This document shows, one piece after another, positions 39,464-53,158 of a stretch of DNA of 63,810 bases. The DNA is from Octopus bimaculoides (Eukaryota). The stretch spans positions 84,200,798 to 84,264,607 of the forward strand of contig NC_068981.1 of the NCBI RefSeq assembly GCF_001194135.2. Reading direction: 5' to 3'. Position numbers and translations under genes: made by a program. Below the pieces are notes generated by a model that worked only from the letters and a program-made list of their open reading frames with translations, searched no databases and was not told the origin of the DNA. How positions within the stretch are numbered: the stretch's first letter is position 1; every line of letters begins with the position of its first letter.

Positions 39464-40574
39464 CCCATATAATATGTAATACGTAGATAAAAGTAACTTG
39501 ATTTCAAATACCATATCTCCGAGAACAGAATAAGTAGGACCAACCGGCTTAGTTTCAATTCTGTGTTAGTATTTCATTGCCCACTGAGTACCGTCATTAA
39601 TTATTCACAGGCACATTGTTTATAATTCCACTATCTACTGTTTATTTAGGCTTAGAAACTATAGTGAAATCTAAAAGGGTAAATTAATTCAGGAAGTTAA
39701 TATTTTGAGTTTTTATGAATTTAGTGGAAATGACTGACGAACGCTCACAGATTTTTCCACTAGTCTTTCGTATGTTTAGGCCTGCCATGCTGTAGTATTG
39801 TTTGCGTTTAAAACAATGCGTTGATAATTCTAGATAATTTCTCGGCCCACGCAATGTAACAATCCCTTAAGGTACCCTATCACCTCTAAAATGAGAACCA
39901 TATAGTAAAAACTTACAATGCGTGACACTCTACAAACATGAGAGACAGGATACTCACAGCTTGAACATTGATTAAACCATGAAGAATTACATGATTTCCT
40001 CGCCTTGTTTTGTTTTTATGGGAACGGATTTTGGTGAATGAATTTCTTTCTCAGTTAGTTGCAGAAATAAACAAGACTGTTGGAATATGAAACATGAATA
40101 CCAAACGTTATAAAAAGGTTGTGATTTGCTTATTAAATGTTCTTATTTGATTCAATGCTTTTACACAAGCGGGTCATAGCTCAGCAGTCAACACCAAGAG
40201 TATTTTCGTTTAATTATTTTATCAAGTGCAGTTAACCGTATTTTCTTAAGTATTGCCTTCAGGTACATTTGGTTTAAAGAAACCCAGCACTTGACAAATT
40301 AATTAGGTTTTCAATTTGAAGGCTAAAATTTTGACATTAGCGGTATTCACACTAAAAACATGAGATAGTGGAAACAATATATACGTCATCATAATCTGCC
40401 GCACGCTCAGGCTGATCGAAGCTTTGTGAATGAATCGCAGAGACCCATGATGTGTGTGTGTGTGTGTTTGTGCGTGTGTGTGAGTGGTGTTTGTGTGTAT
40501 CTGTTTTGTGCGTATCTGTGTACGTGAGTGTGACTGTGTATGCATATACACACACTCACATATCTATCTATATA

Positions 40575-40613
<39 letters not shown>

Positions 40614-41643
40614 CGCGTGTGAGATTACAATAAGAGTTCCAGCTAAAACATTCTACGTGAAATCACACCAATGCAACTTTTCACATACCCGCATCATAAC
40701 AGGTCAGTTTATTACAGCTTCATCTTTGAAGTTTATTTCATATAAACCCTTTGGAAGTGAAATCTTTTATCTATTTAATTAATTTTACTTATTTATTTAT
40801 TTGTTCTTGAAACCATCTCTTGTAGATTAGCGACCTAGTGACACATTTACCTATAAAACTGATAAGACATATGTCATATTCTTCAAAAGAGATTTAAAAG
40901 TATAACACCTCCCTTCTCAGCTCAATACGAGATCAAGTCCTCGTAACACTTATCTAAACAATCAATCGGGGCAAATACATTATACGTCGAAGCAACTTCG
41001 TCTAACTATCTTACGATTTAGGTCAAAATACGATTGTAAAAATCACATACTACTAAATGGATCTCAAAATAGCGGATAGTTTGGGAATCTCTAGGGGTCA
41101 CACGATTTGCTAGAAATAGCCACGAAGTATTCTTCAAATCCTGCCCTATCGCTCTAAAAGAAGAAACGACGCATTTGAATGTATTCTTAAACATAATTTA
41201 TGAATAAAGAATTCATTGGTCTTGTCACTCAGAATTGAATGGGTACTATGCAACGTCCAAAATGTTTCAAATAAATATTCCGCAGTTGTTGTTATATTGG
41301 TGATAAACAAGTTATATCCATTTCTTAGCAGCAGAAAAAAATATTTTTGTCACAGCAAATCAACAATTGCAGCTTTCTAAACACTCAGACAATAAATCAA
41401 TCATCGCAGACGAAATAGCACTGAATTTGCTGTATTTATTTCACTTTAGTAGAACACTCGTCAAAGAGTTTTTTCATAGGCCGATCAAAAGCAACATTCA
41501 CTTCAGATCAAATCATTTTTATTGCAATTACTTTTAATCCTGAAATTCTCAAAATTCATTTAGTTTCTTAAAATACATTTAGTATGTTAAAATACATAAA
41601 AGTTCGTCTTAAATAACCAACGAAAATGTCTCCTCTCTCTCTG

Positions 41644-41676
<33 letters not shown>

Positions 41677-42101
41677 GTATATGTATCTGTGAGTGCGTGT
41701 TTGTGTGCGTGTGTATGTATGTGTATGTATGTGAGCGGAGGTGTGTGTGTGCGTGTGTGTGCGTGTGCGTGTGTGTGCGTGTGCGTGTGTGTGTGTGTGT
41801 CTTCTTTTTTATTCTTTTAGTCATCAGACTAAAGAAGAGACATAGACAAACATAGACACACATAGAGGGATACGCATGCGCAAATATAGACACATACAAT
41901 AGGAATACAAAATAAAAAATGGCTGATCGTTAGTAAGAAGGGACACACAAATAAGAAAGAAGAACGCAAAGGAACAGAAGTGTGACAAAAGAACTCTGGC
42001 CGAAATACGATTAATGTAATATAAAGCTGAAGCAAATTAACACCAAATATATAGCGCGTGTGTTTTTATTGGTTAAACCGGCAACATGACCATCCCCAAA
42101 T

Positions 42102-42132
<31 letters not shown>

Positions 42133-42133
42133 C

Positions 42134-42396
42134 TGTTGTAGTAAAAATGGTACTCTCCTTGCCACGTAATAAAGTGGTATGACGACCACTATAAATTCAG
42201 ACAGTCAGTCGTTGTAGGAAGTCAGTAGTAGCAGAGTCGTTGTATGGGTTCTCAGCTGGAATCACGAGTTCGAGTTACCGTCAAGGTAGACGTTTCAATG
42301 TCATTGTCTTGCAGAGCTATCAGCGATAGCACGATAAACGAGTCAAAGATAATAAGACGCGGAATATCGCCAGAACATAACAGTGGCGATAAGAAT
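42134..42396 (+). mobile_element. LTR (about 250 bp) followed by a PBS-like sequence; Gypsy-type, truncated
   Basis: TGTTGT...ATAACA termini (42134-42382), TATAAAT at 42190, then g-TGGCGATAAGAAT resembling Gypsy primer-binding sites; no TSD. Confidence 0.5.
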
Positions 42397-42533
42397 ATTA
42401 CAGTGCTTACGATAACATACAAGTGGACAAGGATCAACATTATAACACAAACATACATACATAGATGCTCGCATACATACATATCCGTGTATGTGTCTTG
42501 GTGTATTATATATGTGTGTTGTGTACGTGTTTG

Positions 42534-42539
<6 letters not shown>

Positions 42540-42616
<77 letters not shown>
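42540..42616. repeat. (AT)n microsatellite
   Basis: Directly visible. Confidence 0.97.
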
Positions 42617-42620
<4 letters not shown>

Positions 42621-42888
42621 CCACATACATGCATACACACACACACACGCACGCACACACACATACATATATATATGAATATTCCTGTGTTTATTGACGG
42701 TTATTTCTATAGTAAAACCATGATGAAAAGTTCTTCAGCTCTTATAATCAGAACCAACTTTGCAGGACCCTATCACAATTGTGTGACCCATTTAGTACTA
42801 GCTGATATATCTTATTATAGAAAATATATACAAATATGCACGCACACAAGTACATCAACATAGACACAAAGGCGCGCGCGCACACACT

Positions 42889-42927
<39 letters not shown>

Positions 42928-43379
42928 TGAAGCTAATGTTTGACTAGCAGAGTTGACGCACTCCAGAACTTGTCTTCAAGTCGACAAGACAGATAGTGTT
43001 TGGTCTTTCAGTGTGTATCACTTACAGACCCATTCAATGTGAAAAACGGAAGAGTAAAAGAGAAAAAGGAGAAAAAAAAATAAGAGATCCAAAATTGTCT
43101 TCTGATAAAATACTTGAATTCGGTCCACCAGTGTTGATGGAATACAACATAGACGGTTGTTGGTTGAAATTGATATCTATGTTTGGGAAATGTAGAATGA
43201 TATCTATATTATAAATCATAAATTTAAATGTATTTTTGTATGTAACACGTATAATCTATCGACAAACCAAATACTTCCCCGTATGCATTTTGTATCATTA
43301 GTTTTCACTCGCTCCCTCGCTCTCTTTCTCTCTTTCACTCTTTCACTTACTATATAAAAATACGCGCGCGATCGAGTAT

Positions 43380-43726
43380 GCGTCTATGCATGATAATAAG
43401 GTGAAGGCACGTGACTTAGTGGTTTGGGTATTCGGTTCACGATCGTAAGGTCGCGAGTTCGATTCACAGCGGTGCATTCTGTCCTCGAGCATTACACTTT
43501 ATTTCATACTTCTCCAGTTCATTCAGCTGGCGAAAGTGAGCAGCACCTGTATTTCAAAGGGTCATCCTTATCGCAATCTGTGTCACGCTGAATCTACCTC
43601 AGAACTACGTTAAGGGTTTGCGTGTCTGTGGAGCGCTCAGACACTTGCACGTTAATTTCACAAGCAGGCTGTTCCGTTGATCGGATTAACTGGAAACATC
43701 GTCGTGGTAAGCGGTGGAGTGCTAGT
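43380..43726 (+). mobile_element. SINE with a different tRNA head and the family C tail
   Basis: Head ggtgaaggcacgtgacttagtgg..gagttcgattc; 3' about 190 bp (gaactacgttaaggg..aatttcacaagcaggctgttccgttgatcgg) shared with family C. Confidence 0.85.
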
Positions 43727-43887
43727 TATAAGGCTGTTCAACTGTCCATTCTTCATTAATACATACACGCTAACCAGCCAAGATCAATAGAAGTCAGTTG
43801 TATTTCTTAATACGCTCTGCCAGACTATCTATCTATCCCACCCTCTCTTCTCACAACTCCTTGCCATCTTGACTACATTCATTAAAC

Positions 43888-44416
43888 CAGTGGTTTCTAA
43901 CCTCTTTTACACCACGGATCGGCTCCATGCCGGACAATCTGTCTGCGGACCGGTAGTGGTACATATGTGTAATTTAAGTGCAATTCGATAAAGTGAGCAA
44001 TAATAAAAAGAGCAATTTATTAAAGGGAAGTCAAACTGTATAATCTTTTGACTCTCATGTTTGAGCTCCAGCCTGGTCACACACTTGCGTGCTTAGTTTC
44101 CCTGAATCAACACCTATTACACTATTATCACATCAATATCAACTCACCATAATGTTGAATCAGTGGGAGCCCTGAGCTTGTTTTCCTGCAACTAGACGGT
44201 CCCATCTGGAAGTGATGGGAGAATATGACACTCGAACTGTTTTCCTTATGTCTAATCTACTTCGTAATTTTGTTTCGGTTATTGACTCTGCAGTTAAACA
44301 AATCTTTTAAAATTAAAGTCCAGTATTCAATTTATCTATTATATAATTTAAAAAAAGATTTATTTCTTTGCGACCCGATAGCAAATGATCCGCGGCCCGG
44401 TGGTTGGGAACCCCTG
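43888..44416 (-). mobile_element. hAT (Charlie group) MITE, 529 bp, MER1/Charlie3-like
   Basis: TIRs cagtggtttctaacc/ggttgggaacccctg; 8-bp TSD cattaaac/tattaaac with central TA; minus-strand transposase C-terminal remnant TETKLRSRLDIR/TVRVSYSPITSRWDRLVAGKQAQGSH* with one frameshift. Confidence 0.9.
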
Positions 44417-44717
44417 TATTAAACCGTCTGACCCAGTCCCCCGTTGATTGCAAGAGAGAATACACTCAAGATTTCAGAGACTGTACATGTCAATGATTAC
44501 TAGATAGCTAGACTTACTGTTTTGACATTGATACTACGGTCGGCTAGGATTATACCGAGCATTTGAATTAGGTATTCCGGTCATTTGAACAACCGTCATA
44601 AACTACCACTTTTTGAACAATGAATATCATCTTATTATTTTAAAATGCCATTTGTGACTAAAATATACAATAGAATTACATATATGCATGTATACATGCA
44701 TACATGTATATCCGTTA

Positions 44718-44915
44718 TCTTTTACTTGTTTCCGTCATTGAATTAGTTCCACGCTGGGGCACTGCCTTGAAGTGATTTAGTTGATTAGATCGTCCCTAGT
44801 ACTTATTTATAATGTCAAGCATTTATTCTATCGGCCCTTTATGCCGAACGACTGATGTAAGGGGACGTATATAAACCAAAGTCAGTTGCCAAGTGGTGGT
44901 GTGAGGACAAACATA
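44718..44915 (-). mobile_element. SINE family B, 3' fragment
   Basis: ttacttgtttccgtcattg..gctggggcactgccttgaag..attctatcggccc. Confidence 0.75.
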
Positions 44916-45002
44916 ATTCTTTACTTATACGACACGCTCCTACTTAGCCATTCACTACGGCCACTTATTGCATTTCTTTTTACCTGATATTTAGCTATAA
45001 AA

Positions 45003-45420
45003 GAAGGTGACAGAATCGTTAGAGCACCGGATAAAATGCCTTACAATACCTATTCCGACTCTTTAAGTTCTACCTTCAAATCCCACTGGAGTCAGCTTCG
45101 CTCTTCATCCCTCCGTCGTCGATAAAATAAAGTACCACTCAAGTACTGGTTCGATAGTGTCAAATAATCCCTCCACTCAAAACTATTCGCGTTGTGCCTA
45201 AATCTTAAACTAGTATTTAGTCCTAAAGGGTAAGTGGGTTAGCAGGATCGCTTGCGCATTGCTCCCAAGGCATTGGAATATTTATTCTGGCACTGCGTTT
45301 CTGATTTCAAATCCCACCGAGGTCAAATTTACTTGTCACATTGCTGTGTTCTACAAGGTAAAATATTAGTCCAGTATTGATGTCACATTAAATGACTAAA
45401 TTCTCTCAAAATCAGATTTC
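45003..45420 (+). mobile_element. Two decayed family A SINEs in tandem
   Basis: gacagaatcgttagagcaccgg..ttcaaatccc..gtcgataaaataaagtacc; ctgatttcaaatcccaccgaggtca. Confidence 0.65.
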
Positions 45421-46449
45421 TTGATCATATATACTATAATGGAACTTACACTATGATTCGGGACGTGGGCTACTTTTTCGTATGTATNNNNNNNNNNNNN
45501 NNNNNNNNNNNNNNNNNNNNNNNNNNNNNNNNNNNNNNNNNNNNNNNNNNNNNNNNNNNNNNNNNNNNNNNNNNNNNNNNNNNNNNNNNNNNNNNNNNNN
45601 NNNNNNNNNNNNNNNNNNNNNNNNNNNNNNNNNNNNNNNNTATATATATACATCAGAAAATGGAGAAAACCTCAGATTAACAAACACTTTGGCTGGACCA
45701 CATTTATAGCTTATTTATTAATACAAAGCATGACATAACAAGCAGGTGACGTAACATATCTTACGGACGTTTCCGATCAGTTGCCAAAATGTGTATAAAT
45801 AAATGCGAGAATAAAGTTCTCCATCTTTATAGGGCGTTCGAATTAAGGCACGGAGCTTCATCAGAGTTAAAAACAAGAGCATGCAATATAAACAAAGGGA
45901 AGAAGTAAAAGGAAAGAAAACATGTTCTAGACAAAGTCTAGAAGCCCGATATGTTAAGAGCATATAATTTACCAACTAGGGGCTACAAGGTCCGTAAGTA
46001 AAAATGTGAGCAAGCAGTGGTCTAGGGAATACTACTATTTATTAACGGGTGGATGCAATTTAAAGGGGAGGGCAGGATGTTTAGAAAAAGAAGTTATCAA
46101 GAAAATGTATATAAGGAAAATACTAACATGATTATCAAAGGGCAGTACCTATGCTAACGAAGTAAACTCAAGTAAATGTAAACAATTACCGTAGGGTGCT
46201 TAAGAAAGTTTACTCACAAAAGTTATTACCGAGAATCACACTATTGATGTGATTCTCGGTAATAATAAATAAGCTATAAATGTGGTCCAATCGATGTATT
46301 TGTTAATCTGTGGGTTCCTCCATTTTCTATTTATTTGCAATGGTTCCTGATAAACTCTTGTTTATCTTGTTCTTATCTGTACTCTACGTCCATGGTGTGC
46401 CTGGATACCGATAGCATATACGGATATTTCATCCCTTAGTCAGTAATTG

Positions 46450-46640
46450 TATGGAGGCGCAATGGCTCAGTGGTTAGGACAGCAAACTCGCGGTCGGAGG
46501 ATCGCGGTTTCGATACCCAGACCGGGCGTTGTGTATGTTTATTGAGCGAAAACACCTAAGCTCCACGAGGCTCCGGCGACCCCTGTTGTACTCTTTCGCG
46601 CCAACTTTCTCTCACTCTTTCTTCCTGTTCCTTGAGTAAC
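46450..46640 (+). mobile_element. SINE, same variant as 34034-34310, cut by a gap
   Basis: ggaggcgcaatggctcagtggttagg..ggtttcgatacccagaccggg. Confidence 0.88.
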
Positions 46641-46950
46641 NNNNNNNNNNNNNNNNNNNNNNNNNNNNNNNNNNNNNNNNNNNNNNNNNNNNNNNNNNNN
46701 NNNNNNNNNNNNNNNNNNNNNNNNNNNNNNNNNNNNNNNNNNNNNNNNNNNNNNNNNNNNNNNNNNNNNNNNNNNNNNNNNNNNNNNNNNNNNNNNNNNN
46801 NNNNNNNNNNNNNNNNNNNNNNNNNNNNNNNNNNNNNNNNNNNNNNNNNNNNNNNNNNNNNNNNNNNNNNNNNNNNNNNNNNNNNNNNNNNNNNNNNNNN
46901 NNNNNNNNNNNNNNNNNNNNNNNNNNNNNNNNNNNNNNNNNNNNNNNNNN

Positions 46951-46989
<39 letters not shown>

Positions 46990-47817
46990 ATGTATGTATG
47001 TAAGTATATACTGAGTATGAGAAAAAGACAGAGAAGGGAAAGAGCGAGAGAATTAGATGGGTTGAATTATCTTTAACTGTCCACAGCATAGGTGTTACAA
47101 ATGTGATCTAACTGCATTAGATTTATATTCAAATCTTTAAATAATACGGTGTCTGTGCGCGCGCTGACACAACACCTGCACATATGTATAATATCTCTAT
47201 ACATTATAGTATATCTTGATATATTATTTTGCATTATATTTACAAGTGCACATAATGTAGAAATATCTATTTTCGTATATATATATATATATAAAGTGTA
47301 GTATATTGCCACTTAAGTGTGGCTGACCCCTAGGGGCAATATACTACACTTTATCGTGCAGTTANNNNNNNNNNCATACATACATACATACATACATACA
47401 TACATACACACATACGTACATACATAAACACATACATACATACATATATATATATATACATATAACTGTGTGTGTGTGAGTGTATGTGCGTACATGAGTG
47501 TGTTTGTGCGTGTATGATTTTTTTTTCCTCATGTATTTATATGTATGCGTGCTTGTAACTAAGTTTGTATCTTTGTTGTACTAATCATCCTAGAATGTAA
47601 GAACACTTCATCAAGTTAAGTAGGCTGGCTGCTTAGAGGTATGTGAAATAATACAGTCACATTCAAGGGTGCCGTAAATTCCAACAACTGCCTCTTATAA
47701 AGATACTAAAATATCCAGGATATTATCAGTCCTTATGAAAGTATACTAACCAGATGTTGGCTCTACAGAGAAACATAGACACACGTTCACACACACACAC
47801 ATACACATACACACACT

Positions 47818-47854
<37 letters not shown>

Positions 47855-49921
47855 ACACACACGTGCACATATACATAGTGTCAGAAAAAATAGACACACA
47901 TTCACAGATACTTTCTCTCACACACAGACGCACAGGCACACATGCACACAAAGGCATACATCTATATATACATACATATATGTATACAGATTTATAATAC
48001 CCAATGATATCACAACAGAGAAGTCGTTATTGCCCTTCTTGTTAGAAAATGGCGTTCTTAGAAATGTGGGCAACTTCGTTCCGTGTTGATGTTGATGTCA
48101 CTCATGTAGTTGTTTATTCTTTTGCTTCAGACTATTCAAGTACAAATTTATGACTAGCTTGTTTACTCCAACTTGGATAGCTTAGAGTTTTAGCAAGATG
48201 AATGTGGAGAAGTTAGGTACCTTTGTTAACCACTAAACCTGCTTTCAGTAAAGATTAATTATATCCGCTTTTCCCCCGTTTTTCTCATCAACAACCTGGA
48301 CAACAACCGCAGCAACTACAACTACAACAATAACTCCTACTACTACAGCTCCTACTACTACTAATCCTACTACAGTACTACTACTATTACTACTGACCAA
48401 GCTGTAACTTTAATCTTATTGTTTCATTGTCTTGCAAAAAATGGTCTCGTTTCGTAAAAAGGTCAACCTAAACGCGATGGGTGGCTTATGTGAACAGCGA
48501 TGATAAAGGGTTTAGAAACCTCTTATCTTCCTACACACCCTATTCAAGGGAAATAAATCATTTCTAAAATCTGAAACGATATTTACGTTGAACCGTCATT
48601 GTAGTCCCAATGTGGAATCACAATACGTAAATTATTTCCATTTAATTCACATACAACCACATATACTATTATGTACACACACACACACATACATACAGAG
48701 AGTAACACAAGCAAATACACACAGGATACACACATAGAGACAGGCAAGCAGCAAACATACATCCATGTCTGCGTCTATCATACATGACAATCTCAAACTC
48801 CGCCTGTTGAATACAGAAAGTCATAAATAATTACGAATGCAGTTTCAATAAACAAAATTCGATAAACAGCTGACGGGCTCGATACATTAGATACCAACAT
48901 ATCCAAAAGATCCAAAGATTGCTATCTTATTATTTCTCAGTATGCCTGTGAAAAAGAACAAAGCACTTAAGTCTCAATGTCTCAGTCCAACTAAATATAA
49001 ATAGGTACCAAGCTGTGTTCGACTTATCTGCTCAAAATAGCTCCGGCATTTCTACGTGGTGACTGCATATTTACTTTGCAACACTGAATCTATAAAAGCG
49101 AAGTAGCAGAAACATAGAGCGTATTTGTTCCGACTCTACACACTGGGGTTAAAATGCCGCCATGTTCATCTTCGCCTTTCCTCTTTTCAGTGTCGGTAAA
49201 AAAGGGCCGAACGAAAACAAACTGTATTCTTTGAGGTATTCTTTGTTTCTGATTTCAATTCGTACCATGCAGCCCTTGGTGGGTGGACTTAATCTGTCCA
49301 CCTATTTATCGTCACCAGGCCTTTGGAAGAAACCATTATGCTGGAAGCATTTGGGCTAGATTTCCGGAGTGCAGATACCTTCCTCTCTCCATCCCACAAA
49401 TCTTGGAGACCCCTTAAGGTATCAAGGGCACTGCCTTCCATCTTGGCTAAAACATAGAAAAGAATTATTTGATACTGGATACAAAATCAAACCATACCAT
49501 CGTTTACATTCCTAACTGAACACAAAATATTCCAGTTGTTCAATATTAAATTATAGGCCATTAGATCTTATATGAATCAAATTACGTGAAACCTGTTGCA
49601 ACTGATGACGAATCTATCATGTATTGGATAAACATAAACGCACTCTATTGTTATGAGCAAATGCTAATTTGTGCTTTTTTAAGTATTATGAATTAATATT
49701 TGAAATTCTTTATGGAATCTTAGAAAAACTTGCATTTCTTGTAAATCACTTCGAACGGTCTGTGTTATTTATATATATATAGANNNNNNNNNNNNNNNNN
49801 NNNNNNNNNNNNNNNNNNNNNNNNNNNNNNNNNNNNNNNNNNNNNNNNNNNNNNNNNNNNNNNNNNNNNNNNNNNNNNNNNNNNNNNNNNNNNNNNNNNN
49901 ATATATATACATATATATATA

Positions 49922-50730
49922 TAAGTATCGTACAAGATGATCTGGATCTCCTAAACCACCTCCCCAAACACACCAACAAGGACATTTTCATCGTCTCCTT
50001 CGATGTGATAAACCTCTACACTACGATTCCACACCAATACGGACAGGAAGCAATAAGATTCTGACTGGAAAAGTACCCCAATGAGATCTCGGAAATAATA
50101 GAAAAAGATTTTGTCAACTTTTGTAACTTTAATCGTAACTCCTATAAACAGGTATCAGAGACTGCGATCGGTACAAAAGTTGCCCCCACTTACGCTAATC
50201 TAGTTATAGCCTACATGGAAGTCCAAGCATGTGAACAACCCAAATTAGAATATGGCCTGAATTTCTACAAGTACCTGTTAGAGAATTGGAATCGCTACTC
50301 GGATGACTACCTCATTCTATCTCACACATTCGACCAACTCAGTGAATTCAAAAACCTAATTAACAGCATCAACAATCATATTCAATTCATAATGGAATAT
50401 AGTCAAAACCAAATCCTATTTCTAGACATCTTAATCATAAAAAAGACACAAGCATTGAAAGTGATGTCCGCTACAAACCGACTGATTCCAAACAATATCT
50501 TCTATTCACCTCCAACCACCTATAGCACACGAAGATACACATTCTTTTTAATCTAGCGAGAAGAAATTGTACAATTGTTTCAAATTATGAAACGCGGTAC
50601 TAAAGGCTCCAAGAACTAAAGGAAATTCTGCTCGAAAGACAGTACCCACCATTATTATTTGATAATGAAATAAAACGGGATCAGGCAATCGACATCGAAG
50701 ATTTACGAAAACGGAAACACACTCAAGGTA
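49922..50730 (+). pseudogene. Penelope-like element reverse transcriptase fragment
   Basis: VSFDVINLYTTIPH, YKQVSETAIGTKVAPTYANL, WNRYSDD, FLDILI, YKPTDSKQYLLFTSNH..FNLARR, RQYP; in-frame stops and a frameshift; 5' end in a gap. Confidence 0.92.
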
Positions 50731-51241
50731 CGCTAAATAGGATACTTTCTATTGAATAGTTTATAACGATATTCTGTCGATTTCCGAAAGAAAATTTTAC
50801 TATCTAACGCTAAAATGAATCGAGGTTTGATCTTCCTAAATATATTTCTTAAGATTTTATAAAGTTTCGAGCGATTGTGAAATAATTCAATTTTGTAACT
50901 GTGGATCTTGAAGGACATAACGCTACAAATGATAGCATGCAAATGTTGGATTCAAGATTCGTTTTACATAGAAAGCATTCGACTTTTTCTATTTAAAAGG
51001 GTTTCTCAACTCAATATTTGCATCTTCAATATTTGTAGCTTTATTTTTGATAATGTTTAATCATAAAAGTAGTTTATGTACGAAAATGGTTATCAGTGTA
51101 GTCCATGTAACTGATATAGTGAGATTAATAGTAAATCTAGGGGAAATTAATTGATGCTATTCCAGGAATTGATGTTATTCAATAATGAGGTATATGTGAA
51201 AATCATAAACTAAGAAATGATTATTTTTAATGTTTAACGCG

Positions 51242-51304
<63 letters not shown>

Positions 51305-51359
51305 ACACACACAAACACACAAACAAACAAACACACACACACGTATGTATGTATGTATG

Positions 51360-51524
51360 TGTTGTGTCGACGCCCCCAGGCGAAGAAGTAAGATCTCCCA
51401 AGACATATAAATAGAGGTAGTCTGGTCGTGGTAGGAGTGTTGAGTAGCAGTCGAGTAGCAGTTGTGTAGCGGTTGAGTAGAGATTATCCGAAGGTGCTAG
51501 ATAGCAGTAGCTTAAGACATAACA
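51360..51524 (+). mobile_element. Solo LTR (165 bp) inserted in (GTAT)n
   Basis: Inverted termini tgttgtgtc/gacataaca (8/9), gtatg on both flanks, TATAAATA at 51406-51413. Confidence 0.7.
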
Positions 51525-53002
51525 GTATGTATGTATGTATGTATTTATGTATCTGATTTTGTTTACATACTTAGGTAGCAAAATATCCTTTGTTTGTCCT
51601 CATGAGTCTACATATACACATGTTAAAATAATACATTTTAGTTACAATTATCTCTAAATTTCTAAAACATCTAAAATATCATTACCTCGTCTCTCACTTA
51701 CTTTTCAAATGCCTTCAACTTTAAAACTTCAACGGTTCAGAAGAGATACGGAAGCACTGAAGAAGAATCTAGACAATTTAAGACTGTAGGTTTCGCTTTC
51801 TCGTACAAAAAGCAGCCTTCTCCAGTTAGTTAATAGAAATGTGTTATCTCACCGGATTAACCGAAACGTGCTCCCGACTACTGGGTTTAAATGAGAGACC
51901 TCTAAGACAGGGATCATGTTTGTTTATCTTCATAATTGTCATTGCTCTTATAGATGTTCTTTACTGTTAATGATGTTAGCATTTTTGTTGTTACTGCTTT
52001 TCTTATTTTTGTTTTGTTTTTGTTTTATGTTTTCTTTGTCTTGTTGCTAGCAGAAATAATCTTTAATCAGTTCCGTGTCACATGTTCTAACAGAAATATT
52101 TTCTTTTATCATGCAAAGCTTATGGCTTTATGCTCTTCTTTTAGGTTTTTCATCCCATTTTTCCCCTTTGTCTCCATCCTGACCATATCTTCACCATCTC
52201 CTCCCAACATATTCTACATGTCAAGACTTAACCCTCGCTGTTCTCTTTTAGGACAACCTTAATTAGAATTTAAGCCCTCGCTGAAAGCTATTCATTCTTC
52301 GGATGCCTCTTATTATCTTAATGTGTTAGTAACACTTTAGGGCGGTTGGGTATATAACAAATAAAACAAAGATCAACTCCAAAAAATATTAAAAAGATAT
52401 GAACATAGTAAAAAAAAAAAAAGAAGGAATTAGCGGAAAAAAGGAAATATATAAGAAACAAAAATATGAAAGAACGAATTTAAAAAATGGAACACCAAAT
52501 AAAAACATAATAAAAAAAAACGAGAGAGTAAAAAGGCAACTTATAGAGGAAGCAACGCTGAAAAAAGTAGAATAGACAAAACAGGAAAAATAAGCACTAG
52601 AAAAACAAATAAACATATAGACAAAAGAAAGTGTATCGAAAATAACGAAAGAGTGAGAATATGAGGCAAAGTGTAGGAAAGTAAAGAAATAAGAAAATGC
52701 AAAGGAATGAAATAGATTTCAATGAGCGATTTCCGAAACTACAACATTCTAAAATGTCAGCAAGTGGAGTATGAGATATTGTTGTTTATCTCGAAGTATT
52801 TGCTGATTGAGAAAACTTTGGATTCAAGGCGTTCCAGTCTCCATCATCCCATTTTTTAAAAAATATATAGGTAAATTGTTGCAATAAAACTAAACAGAAA
52901 TTTATGCATTTAAATAGCTAATTATTTGATTTGTCTCATCTTTTTGGTCCTTAACCGCTATTATTTTATTATTTTACATTTTTAGCTATTTATTCTATTA
53001 TT

Positions 53003-53158
53003 CTTTTACCTGTTTTGGTCATTTGACTGCAGCCATACTGGTGCACCGCCTTGAAGAGTTTTAATCGAACAAATCGACTCCAGTCACACCTGCAACTACA
53101 CAGCCACGTTTGCACCTACACAGCTCAGCCTGTACCTTCACAGCCACACCTGCTTCTA
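53003..53158 (-). mobile_element. Collapsed SINE B: four 20-bp head units fused to the tail end
   Basis: Units such as tagaagcaggtgtggctgtg (53081-53158) followed on the minus strand by gagtcgatttgttcg..tcaaggcggtgcaccagtatggctgcagtcaaatgac. Confidence 0.75.

Noticed and set aside
39958-40076. Minus-strand 119-nt exon with good splice sites
   Set aside because: Stops in all three frames; a non-coding exon cannot be excluded without RNA data
43888-44416. Human contamination as the source of the MER1-like sequence
   Set aside because: Bounded by a TSD within host-like DNA, with diverged ends and a different interior; still needs a read-level check
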